Shown one piece after another: positions 11,373-27,378 of a stretch of DNA of 64,000 nt; position 1 is the stretch's first letter; the number at the start of each line of letters is the position of its first letter. Below the pieces are notes generated by a model that was not told where the DNA came from, made no database searches, and saw only the letters and a list, made by a program, of their open reading frames with translations. A program made the position numbers and the translations under genes. The stretch comes from Eledone cirrhosa (Eukaryota), in NCBI GenBank assembly GCA_964016885.1, contig OZ024742.1, forward strand, positions 147,126,001 through 147,190,000, written 5' to 3'.

Positions 11373-12162
11373 ACACATAAATGCACACATATATATACAT
11401 ACACACACACACATGCGCGCGTGTGTGGTGTGGTGTGGTGTGGTGTGGTGTGTGTGTTTTGTGTGAGTTTGTAGGTGCGTGTATGTGCTTCCCCATGTCC
11501 ATTAATGTTTATGCCCTGTAACTTAACAGTTCAACAAAAAGGAGGTCAATAAAATAAATACCAGACTTGAAAAAATCTGATCATGTAAATCCCTTCAAGG
11601 TGGTGCCCTAACATGACCACTGTTTAATGACTGAAACCAGTAAAACAATAAAAGACTATTTCTAAAAAAGAATTGCTGCCCAATATCTATGTACTTTAAT
11701 TCAACAAGCAAATGACTTGGGAAAATATTCTAAGTCTCGATATTATTAGAAATCCTAAAGTCATATGATGAAACTAAATATCATTCACATTTATAGAGTT
11801 GTTTTTGCTAACCTGACTCTCTTGGGAAAGTTCTTAACCATTAGATTCATTCCTTATAAAGGAACCACATTCTACTAATAATATTGTTAAAAAAATATTT
11901 GAAACATTACAGAACAGCTAGATCTATGAAGTGTTCACAATTCCAATAAGTTAACAGTCAAAATGTATAAGTGCCTATGTTCTTTTCTTTTTTTTTTTTT
12001 TTGTACATTTAGTTCAATTACAGTACTGAAAATAAACCAGTTTGTTAAATACCTATAATTGCTGCCCATTACCAAACACCCATGATAACTACAATCCAAT
12101 ACATGAAACATCATTTGCATTAAAGGTTGTACCCTCAATATAGCTAGAGTCCAATTTGAGAT

Positions 12163-12410
12163 GAAGGCCCATGGCCTAGTGGTTAGGGTACTGATCTTAT
12201 GGACTAAGTGGTATGTTGTGTTCTTGAGCCAAACACTTCATTTCATGTTGTTCCAGTCCACTCAGCTGATGAATAGTGGCAGCAGCTAAGGGTTAACCTT
12301 ACAACAGACTGATGTCCTATTGAAGGGAGAGTCACCTACTTACAATGGCTTAACACTAATAGAATCAGGATAAGCTCAGGTGTTAAAACTCTCCAGGCTT
12401 GAAGCAAACT
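12163..12410 (+). mobile_element. tRNA-SINE, degenerate
   Basis: aaggcccatggcctagtggttaggg head and ttccagtccactcagctg core; related to 53815-54025. Confidence 0.6.
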
Positions 12411-12414
12411 TTAA

Positions 12415-12632
12415 CCCTTTAGCATTTAAAACACCCATATCTGACCAGAATTCTCTCACCTCTTTCTGTTCAAACCGGCTGTAACCAGCAGCTCATACTG
12501 ATGTTAAGGTATTGTTCTTAAAATAAATATCAAAATCTCATAGATTCAATATTATGTGAGATAATTATGTGAGGTAAAGCCTTTACCATGAAAATACAAT
12601 AGTAAATATAAAGTAATGTAAATGCTAAAGGG
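12415..12632. mobile_element. piggyBac-type MITE, family 2
   Basis: TTAA on both sides; TIR ccctttagcatt/aatgctaaaggg; inverted sister copy at 47736-47942. Confidence 0.8.
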
Positions 12633-12851
12633 TTAATATAAAGTAATGTAAATGCTAACTTACAGTCCAATGCATAAAAACAATTGCAAAAGAAAAATCA
12701 ATTACCATCTACAGTTGGTTACAGACAAGAAAAAATTATTCATTTTTCAGTACAAAGATGAGCCCAGTTTTATCACCTTCATATAAAGCACCTTCCTGTC
12801 TCTACTATACTATATACTCTCTCCTTCTTTAACCTTCTACATACCCTCAAT

Positions 12852-12906
12852 TCCCGTCTAACCCATGCTAGAGTGGGAGATAGACGTTAAACAATGATGA
12901 TGATGA
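12852..12906 (+). mobile_element. Very short RTE or SINE 3' end
   Basis: cccgtctaacccatgctag...gacgttaaacaatgatgatgatgat. Confidence 0.7.
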
Positions 12907-13252
12907 TCATCATCATCATTTCATTTCATTTTTATGTCCGCTTTTCCCTGCTTGCAAGGGTGGGACGGGAACTGATTCTGGCTTGATTTCTACAGCTGGA
13001 TGCCCTTCCTAACACCAACCTCATTTACAGCGAGTGCTGGGTGCTTTTTTGCCATGGCACGTGCACGATCACTTTGCAGTGGAATGATATGGACCCCAGT
13101 CCCTATCATCTCATTTCTACAGCTGAGTAAACTAGAGCAATGTGAAATAAAGTGTCTTGCTCAAGGAAACAACACATCACCCGGTCTGAGACTTGAACTC
13201 ACAACCTTTCGATTGCAAGGCCAATGCTCTAACGACTAAGCCATGTGCCTCC
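12906..13252 (-). mobile_element. Full-length composite SINE (tRNA head, core, RTE-A 3'UTR tail)
   Basis: Highly similar to 44956-45300; tail matches the RTE-A 3'UTR at 3655-3740. Confidence 0.9.
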
Positions 13253-13429
13253 ATATATATATACATGAATATATTCTATTTCTTAACCCTTTTGTGACCA
13301 TATTCCCCATGAAAGGCACTGGCGATGATTTTTAAATAATTTTGAAAATAATCAGGAATTTAGAGAGATTTAATATAACTTTCTTATTAAATCTCTCTTA
13401 ATTCTTGATTATGTTTTCAAATATTGACA

Positions 13430-14240
13430 TGTGCAGCTGGGTTAGAAGTGGTATTACAACTGGCAGGTGTAGAATCAGTCAGCTAGAATTTGCAAACAAC
13501 ATGGTATTACTCAACAAGTGATCTCCGACTTGCACTTGATAGGTTTGATGCTGTGTGCTGCATGGTTGGAATGAAAATCAGTGCTGCGAAAACAGACACT
13601 CACCCACTCAAGGAAGCCTGTATAGTGTACTCTACTTGTGAATGGAGTTCCACTGAAGCAGGTGGAGAAGTTCAAGTATCCAGGGGCCATGTTCGTAAGT
13701 GATGGAAGATAGGAGGCTGAATTAAGTGCAAGAATTACAGGAGCTAGTGCAGTAATGCACCAGCATCAGCATTCAGTAATTAGAAGAAGCAAGGTGGGTG
13801 GAAAAGCCAAACTCACTATCTTAAATTTGGTATTCATATCAACCCATACCTATGGTCATGAATCTTGGGTAATGACCAAAAGAATCTAATCACAAATACA
13901 AGCAGTTGAAATGGGGGCCCTCTGAAGGATCTTTGGAGTAACATTACTTGATCGAGTGAGTAGTTCAGAGACCAGAGATTTGCTCCAAATAGAGCTACTA
14001 CTTCTCCGATAATATGGGCATAGTTAGAATGTCTTAGGAAAGAATCGCTGGGCAGATTTTACAGGAAAAACCAACCAGCAAGAGACCCAGAGTAAGATGG
14101 TTGAATAGCATCTATGAGATTGGCTGGTCTAACTTGGGGATCCAGCTGGAAATGATTGGTTCTGACAGGACCCACTGGAAGGGGCGACGATGACCCTCTC
14201 AGGAATAAGTGAGTGAAGGAGGAGGAGGAGATGATGATGA
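13430..14240 (+). mobile_element. Degraded LINE of a different RTE lineage (3' part of RT)
   Basis: LALDRFDAVCCMVGMKISAAKT, LKQVEKFKY.G and TYGHESWVMT motifs across frameshifts. Confidence 0.75.
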
Positions 14241-14469
14241 ACTTTTTAATCAACTTGGCATTTATAACAAAAATCATGCATATAATTGTTATGAAAGATT
14301 TTTAGATAAATATAAACACTGGTTTTCAATCAGTTTCCTATGTACTATACATACACTTTTGATGAGTAGTAGTGCAGCTGAGCACTGTACACAATATTTT
14401 CATTATTATTATTATTATTATTATTAAAATGGTTAAACAAATTTTGTTTCTTTTAATGTCATATTAAAA

Positions 14470-14730
14470 CAAGGGATTGTTTCTAAGATGTTAGCACGGG
14501 TCCAGTAAAAAAAATGTTTAATTATTAGATTTCCATGACAAAATAAGTTTGGCAACTATTGGTTTAGAAAAAATGGGATCATCTCTAGAATTATTAAAAT
14601 GATTTATATGAAAATACTGAATATCCATGTTTGTTTGAATTTTATCGAATAAAAATTCTATATGAAACTTAGAAATTAAAAATTGAGATTCACCATCACA
14701 AAAAGTTACAAAAATAAATCGCAATGAAAA
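14470..14730 (-). pseudogene. Possible P-element/THAP9-type transposase remnant
   Basis: FVTFCDG...FFLLDPC*HLRNN resembles the CDG...DxxHxxKxxRN catalytic region. Confidence 0.3.
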
Positions 14731-14789
14731 ATATCAATTCATTGATTGGATAAAATAAATTAAAACGTATTGACTCACACATACAATAA

Positions 14790-14841
<52 letters not shown>

Positions 14842-15053
14842 CTATTATATATATATATCTATATCTATTATATATATATATCTATTATATATATATCTAT
14901 ATCTATTATATATATATATATCTATTATATATATATATATATATCTATTATATATATATATATCTATTATATATATATCTATATCTATTATATATATATA
15001 TATATATCTATTATATATATATCTATATCTATTATATATATATATATATCTAT

Positions 15054-15085
<32 letters not shown>

Positions 15086-16079
15086 ATATCTATATCATAT
15101 ATATATCTATATCTATTATATATATATATCTATTATATATATATCTATATCTATCTATAGATATATATCTATATATCTATAGATATATATCTATATCTAT
15201 AGATATATATCTATCTATATCTATATATTATATATCTCTATTATATATCTATCTATCTATCTATCTATATCTATTATATATATCTATTATATATCTATCT
15301 ATCTATATCTATTATATATATCTATTATATATCTATCTATCTATATATATATATCTATTATATATCTATCTATCTATATATATATATATCTATTATATAT
15401 CTATCTATATATATATATATATAGATATATATATCTATTATATATCTATCTATATATATATATATAGATATATATATATATTATATATCTATCTATATAT
15501 ATATATATATATATCTATCTATATATCTATCTATATATATATATATAGATATATATATCTATTATATATCTATCTATATATATATATATAGATATATATA
15601 TATATTATATATCTATCTATATATATATATATAGATATATATATATATTATATATCTATCTATATATATATATATATCTATATATATATATTATATATCT
15701 ATCTATATATCTATATATATATATATCTATATATCTATCTATATATATCTATATATCTATCTATATATCTATATATATATATATCTATATATCTATATAT
15801 ATATCTATATATCTATCTATCTATATCTATATATATATATATATATCTATTATATATCTATATATATATATATATATATCTATTATATATCTATTATATA
15901 TCTATCTATCTATATATATATATATCTATTATATATCTATCTATATATATATCTATAGATATATTTATAGATAGATATATAATAGATATATATATAGATA
16001 GATATATAATAGATATATATATAGATAGATATATAATAGATATATATATATAGATAGTTATATAATAGATATATAGTAG

Positions 16080-16123
<44 letters not shown>

Positions 16124-16150
16124 TAGATAGATAGATAGATATATATCTAT
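14790..16150. repeat. Compound TA/TATC microsatellite
   Basis: Direct reading. Confidence 0.95.
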
Positions 16151-16151
16151 C

Positions 16152-18511
16152 AAGTGGCCAGGAGGGAAGCTAGGAGACAAGTGTACTTCGCAAGAAGGGA
16201 AGCAGAGGAAAGAAAGTTCAAGCATGTTCTACAACGCGAGGACCAAAAACGTGAGGTGTTCAGGATTGCTAGGCAATGTGCCAAGGAAAACCGTGATATT
16301 GTCGGGGAGAAGTGTGTACTTAACGATGATGGCATACTTGCCATCACCGACGCTGATAAGAAGGTAGCTTGGAAGTGTCACTATGAAAGGCTACTAAATG
16401 AGGAGAATAAATGGGAGAAAGACAGTCTCCCCCATATCGACCCAATAGAGGGACCAGCAGTGTTAGTGGAGGGGAGTATAATAAGTAAGGCAATCAAGGA
16501 TATGAAGACGGGTAAGGCGGCTGGGCCTTCGGAAATAGTTGCTGAGATGCTGAAGGCATCTGGCACGGTGGGACACACCATGGTCACCCGCATAGTTAAC
16601 CAAGTCGTACAGAATGGGGTTGTTCCGAAGGACTGGCATAGCAGCATCATCGTTAACTGTTATAAGGGTAAAGGAGACGCCCTAGATAGGAGTAACTATA
16701 GAGGCATTAAATTAATCGACCAGGTCATGAAGGTCACGGAAAAAGTAATAGCGCAACTAATCAGAGAGAGAATTGACCTAGATGAAATGCAGTTCGGGTT
16801 TGTGTCAGGCAAAAGTACAACAGACGCTCTTTTCATTGTACGACAACTACAGGAGAAGTACCTAGCTAAAGGTAAACCCCTCTACTTAGCTTTTGTCGAC
16901 TTGGAGAAAGCCTTCGACAGAGTCCCCCGCTCCATTATCTGGTGGGCTCTTAGAAAACTAGGCGTTGACGAATGGCTTGTGAGAGCTATACAAGCCATGT
17001 ATAAAGATACAGTCAGCAAGGTTAGAATTAACAACGAATATAGTGAAGAGTTTAGCGTAAAAGTTGGCGTCCATCAGGGCTCTGTTCTCAGTCCCCTACT
17101 ATTTATTATTGCCCTTCAGGCTATAACAGAGGAGTTCAAGACCGGCTGCTCATGGGAACTCCTATACGCAGACGACCTGACACTCATAGCGGAATCAATG
17201 GCCGAGCTAGAGAAGAAATTCCAAACATGGAAGCACGGCCTAGAATCAAAAGGACTTAAAATTAACCTGGCTAAGACTAAAGTTCTAGTTTGTAGGAAAG
17301 AAAATAAGGCGGCGGTCCCTTCTGGGAAATGGTCGTGCTCGGTGTGTAGAAAAGGCGTAGGTAGAAACTCCATTTTATGTCCTAAATACAAAGTATGGGT
17401 GCATAAAAGATGTAGTGGGATCACAGGTAAGCTAACTAAGAACATAGATTTTACATGTGGCTGGTGCTCTGGTGCAATAAGTAGCAGCAAGTGCCCACAA
17501 AATACTAGCTCTTTCAATTGCGCAGAGGGTTCTATAGAAATAGTGGACAGCTTCCGTTACCTGGGTGATAAAATCAGCAGTGGGGGAGGGTGCTCTGAAA
17601 GTACAGTAGCTAGAGTCAGAACTGGTTGGAAAAAGTTCAGAGAGCTTATACCACTATTAGCTGCTAAAGGGTTCTCCCTAAAAATGAAAGGCAGGTTGTA
17701 CGATGCCTGCATACGAACAGCAATGCTGCATGGCAGTGAGACCTGGGCATTGTGTGCAGAGGATATACGCAGACTAGAGAGGAACGAAGCTTGCATGCTC
17801 CGCTGGATGTGTAACAGTAATATACGTGAACGGCAAAGCATAAACGAACTAAGGAAAAAATTAGAAATAAGAGGGATCAGATGTTGTTTACTCGAGAGAA
17901 GGCTACGTTGGTATGGACACGTGATGCGCATGAAAGTCGATAGCTGTATAACAAAGTGCAGGGCAATAAAGATAGACGGTAGCCACGGAATAGGCAGACC
18001 TAGAAAAACCTGGGACGAGCTGATAAACTCCGACCTCACACACTTACACCTCTCCAAGACAATGTCACTGGACCGAGACCTTTGGCGGTACTCAGTAACA
18101 GAGAAGACCCGCCTTACCTAAATACATAGTAAAACCTACTACAGCCAGTAGGCATCTCTAACAAAATACACCCCGTCCCACCACCACCACCCCCACACTA
18201 CCCCGTTCTATGTAAAGTTATGTTGGTGCCGCGCCATCCAGGCCGAAACAAATGAGATCGTGTAGGTGTCACGACAAAAAAACAGTCCACGCTGTAATGT
18301 GGCCGTCAGGCAAGACGGTAAAAATCTCCCAGCCCCACACTGTAAATGTGGTTGGTGTTAGGAAGGGCATCCAACTGTAGAAAACCTGCCAGACAGTACT
18401 ATGCGAGCAAGACAATCACTCTTGCCTCAAGTGGGACTACCCCCGTCCAAACCCATGCAAGCGTGGAACACGGACGTTAAACGTTGATGATGATGATGAT
18501 GATGATGATGA
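16152..18511 (+). mobile_element. Young 5'-truncated RTE LINE, subfamily B
   Basis: Uninterrupted RT frame 16154-18121, 3'UTR and long (GAT)n tail; embedded in a TA array. Confidence 0.97.
16154..18121 (+). CDS. RTE ORF (RT with YADD and internal Cys/His finger), lacking the N-terminal endonuclease
   Basis: QFGF, FVDLEKAFDRV, GVHQGSVLSP, LLYADD, FRYLG and RWYGHVMR motifs; no ATG start, 5' truncated. Confidence 0.9.
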   Translation: MARREARRQVYFARREAEERKFKHVLQREDQKREVFRIARQCAKENRDIVGEKCVLNDDGILAITDADKKVAWKCHYERLLNEENKWEKDSLPHIDPIEGPAVLVEGSIISKAIKDMKTGKAAGPSEIVAEMLKASGTVGHTMVTRIVNQVVQNGVVPKDWHSSIIVNCYKGKGDALDRSNYRGIKLIDQVMKVTEKVIAQLIRERIDLDEMQFGFVSGKSTTDALFIVRQLQEKYLAKGKPLYLAFVDLEKAFDRVPRSIIWWALRKLGVDEWLVRAIQAMYKDTVSKVRINNEYSEEFSVKVGVHQGSVLSPLLFIIALQAITEEFKTGCSWELLYADDLTLIAESMAELEKKFQTWKHGLESKGLKINLAKTKVLVCRKENKAAVPSGKWSCSVCRKGVGRNSILCPKYKVWVHKRCSGITGKLTKNIDFTCGWCSGAISSSKCPQNTSSFNCAEGSIEIVDSFRYLGDKISSGGGCSESTVARVRTGWKKFRELIPLLAAKGFSLKMKGRLYDACIRTAMLHGSETWALCAEDIRRLERNEACMLRWMCNSNIRERQSINELRKKLEIRGIRCCLLERRLRWYGHVMRMKVDSCITKCRAIKIDGSHGIGRPRKTWDELINSDLTHLHLSKTMSLDRDLWRYSVTEKTRLT

Positions 18512-22340
<3,829 letters not shown>

Positions 22341-23300
22341 ATATATACATATATATAATTTTATATTGAAGTTGTTATTGTACTATTGATCCTTATTACT
22401 TACCGATGATTTTATGTACCATTATGATATGTTAAATTTTATATATCATGTAAGATGTTTATATTTTTGTACCATCATAATTTTGGGTATTGTACAATTT
22501 ATATTTTTTTCTCACCTACTCTGTAACTCTGTATGAATTGATTTGTTAACTTACATGCCATTATATATTATATATTATTATATTATTATTATAGTATTAT
22601 TGTGACATCTATATTGTTTGTGTAAATTAACCGGAGATTATCTATTATATTATATTATATATTATATAATTATATAGTTTATTATATATTATATGTGTTA
22701 CTTTTAATCATTTCATTACTTCATGTTATATTAGACATACGTATTATTATTATTCCTATTATGCTTATTTATATTTAAACTCTTAATAAGGTTTAATTTA
22801 TGCTGTTAATGATGGAAATGTGTATTGATGTATATGTACATGTGCGTATGTGTGCGTACATATATACCTATGTATATTGTGAATTTTAATTTTAATATTG
22901 TTACAAGTATATTATTTTATATTGTATTATATATAGTACTACAATTCCCGCTCTATATAACCCCCTTTGTTTAGCTCTAGTTTTTTTTTTGCTTTGGACT
23001 ATATTTGTAATATGGTTCAAAATGTTATCCACCTCCTTAGTGATTTTTATTATATATTTTTACCCATAATCTTCCAATACTTTAGTGTATGTACACTCCA
23101 TATTCTTCTTGTGGTTTTATATACATATCATATATATATATACATATCATATATATATATATATATCATATATATATATATACATATCATATATATATAT
23201 ACATATCATATATATACATATATATATATACATATATATATACATATCATATATATACATATATATATACATATATATATACATATATATATACATATCA

Positions 23301-23338
<38 letters not shown>

Positions 23339-23343
23339 CATAT

Positions 23344-24565
23344 ATCATCATCATCATCATCATCACCGTTTTACGTCCGTTCTTCCACGCTAGCATGGGT
23401 TAGACGGGTTGTCCTGTTGTGGGCAGTGTCTGGTCGGCTGACCATGCCTTGCTCATACAGGAACTGATCTGGCTTGATTTCTACAGCTGGATGCCCTTCC
23501 TAACACCAACCTCATTTACAGTGAGTGCTGGGTGCTTTTTCGTGGCGCCTACACGTCCACTTTACAGTGTGGGCTGGATGCTTTTTTGCCGTGGCACCTC
23601 CACGGCCACCTTGCGGTGGAGGGGGGGGGGGCATATTGTTTATATGCTTCAGCATGTACCCATGGGAGGTCGGGTACCCTGTATTACTGCGTGACGCCAG
23701 AAGTCACGGTCGTGTGTCATTGACTTTGAGAGGTGTAGTTGGGTAAGGTCGGCTTTTATCACCTCATCCCAAGTCATCTTGGGTCTCCCCACTCCGCGGT
23801 TTCCATCAACTTCTAGTGCTCTGCACCTTTTTATGCAGCTGTCATCCTTCATACGCATCACATGTCCATACCAGCGTAACCGCCTCTCCTGCACGCAGCA
23901 TTTGATTCCTCTTATGCTCAGTCTCTCTCTCAATTCATTTATGCTTTGTCGTTCACGTATATTACTGTTACACATCCATCGGAGCATGCAGGCTTCGTTT
24001 CTCTCTAATCTACGTAAGTCTTCCACCTTCAGCGCCCAGGTCTCACTACCATGCAACATCGCTGTTCGGATACACGCATCATACAGTCTGCCTTTCATTC
24101 TGAGGGAGAAGCCTTTTGCAGCTAGAAGTGGTAGTAGTTCCCTAAACTTCTTCCATCCCGTTCTTACCCTAGTTATTGTACTTTCTGAGCACCCACCTCC
24201 GTTGCTAATTCGGTCACCTAGGTAGCAGAAGCTGTCTACTGTTTCTACAGGGCCCTCCCAGAGATTGGTGGTACTTGTTTCCTGTGGCTGTTTGCTTGCT
24301 GTTTCAGCACAGCTGCTGCATGTGAATCCTACATTCTTAATTAAGCTTCCTGAGATCCCGCTACATCTCTTGTGTACCCATTGTTTGCATTTGGGGCAGA
24401 GAATGGAGTTTCGACCTACACCTTTCCTACATACTGAGCAAGGCCATTTCCCTGAGGGGATCTGGGTTCTGTTTTCTCGTCTACTTACAAGGACCTTAGT
24501 CTTTGTCATGTTGACTTTGAGGCCCTTTCTCTCTAGTCCCTGCTTCCAGGTTTGGAATTTATTCT
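23344..24565 (-). mobile_element. 5'-truncated RTE LINE, subfamily A
   Basis: [20 protein letters not shown]...RWYGHVMR in an open frame, closely matching 2650-3850; (ATC)n tail at 23344-23365. Confidence 0.96.
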
Positions 24566-25101
24566 CTATATGTATATGTATATATATATACATATATACA
24601 TATACATATATACATATACATATATACACATATATATACACATATATATACATATACATATATATATACACATATATATATACACATATATATATACACA
24701 TATATATATACACATATATATATATACATATATATATATACATATATATATATACATATATATATATACATATATATACATATACATATATACATATACA
24801 TATATACATATATACATATATATATATACATATATATATATACATATATATATATACATATACATATATACATATACATATACATATATATATATACATA
24901 TACATATATATATATATACACATATATATATACATATATATATACATATATATATACATATATATATACACACATATATATATACATATATATATACACA
25001 CATATATATATACATATATATATACATATATATACACATATATATATACATATATATATACACATATATATACACATATATATATACACATATATATACA
25101 C

Positions 25102-25132
<31 letters not shown>

Positions 25133-25243
25133 CATATATATATATACACATATATATATACACATATATATATACACATATATATATACACATATATATA
25201 TACACATATATATATACACATATATATACACATATATATACAC

Positions 25244-25276
<33 letters not shown>

Positions 25277-25929
25277 TATAGACACATATATATAGATACA
25301 TATATATAGATACATATATATATATACATATATATATATACATATATACATATACATATATACATATATATATATACATATATATATATACATATATATA
25401 TATACATATATATATACATATATATATACATATATACATATATATATATACATATATACATATACATATATACATATACACATATATACATATATATATA
25501 TATACATATATATATACATATATATATATACATATATATACATATATACATATATACATATATATACACATATATATACATATATATACATACATATGTA
25601 TACACATATATATATATACATATATATACATATATATATATACATATATATATATACATATATACATATATATACATATGTATATATATACATATATATA
25701 CATACATATATATACATATATATACATATGTATATATATACATATATATACATATGTATATATATATATACATATATATACATATGTATATATATATACA
25801 TATATATACATATGTATATATATATATACATATATATACATATGTATATATATATATACATATATATACATATGTATATATATATATACATATATATACA
25901 TATGTATATATATATATACATATATATAC

Positions 25930-25966
<37 letters not shown>

Positions 25967-25981
25967 TACATATATACATAT

Positions 25982-26042
<61 letters not shown>

Positions 26043-27378
26043 CATATATACATATACATATATACATATATATATATACATATATATATATACATATATA
26101 TATATACATATATATATATATACATATATATCATATATACATATATATCATATATACATATATACATATATATCATATATACATCATATATACCATATAT
26201 ACATATATATCATATATACCATATATATATATATATCATATATATCATATATATCATATATACCATATATATCATATATATCATATCATATATACATATA
26301 TATACAAATCATATCATATATATGATATATATGTATATATGGTATATATACATATATATCATATATATCATATATACATATATATCATATATATCATATA
26401 TACATATATATCATATCATATATACATATATATACAAATCATATATACATATCTATACATATATACATATCTATACATATATACACATATATATATATAT
26501 ACACATATATATATATATATCATATACACATATATATATATATATCATATATATATATATATATATCATATACACATATATATATATATCATATACACAT
26601 ATATATATATCATATACACATATATATATATATCATATACACATATATATATATATCATATACACATATATATATCATATACACATATATATATATATCA
26701 TATACACATATATATATCATATACACATATATATATCATATACAGATATATATATATCATATACAGATATATATATATCATATACAGATATATATATATC
26801 ATATACACACATATATATAGCATATACACATATATATATATCATATACACATATATATGTATCATATATATATATATATATATATCTTATATACATATAT
26901 CATATATATATATATATCTTATATACATATATATATATATATATATATCTTATATACATATATATATATATATATCATATATACCTTATATACATATATC
27001 ATATATATATATATATATCTTATATACATATATCATATATATATATATATATATCATATATACCTTATATACATATATCATATATATATATATCATATAT
27101 CATATATATATATATCATATATACATATATCATATATACATATATACATATATCATATATACATATATACATATGTATATATATATACATATATATTTAT
27201 ATCATATATACATCATATATACATATATACATATATCATATATACATATATACATATGTATATATATATACATATATATTTATATCATATATACATCATA
27301 TATACATATGTATATATATACATATATATTTATATCATATATCATATATACATATATATATATCATATATATATTTAT
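24566..27378. repeat. About 2.8-kb TA/TACA/TATCA microsatellite
   Basis: Direct reading. Confidence 0.95.

Noticed and set aside
16150-18057. Antisense ORFs overlapping the RTE copies
   Set aside because: Shadow frames of the RT coding strand with no independent motifs
23649-26081. 810-aa ORF suggesting a fusion of a repeat domain to RT
   Set aside because: A stop-free microsatellite happens to run in frame into a truncated RTE
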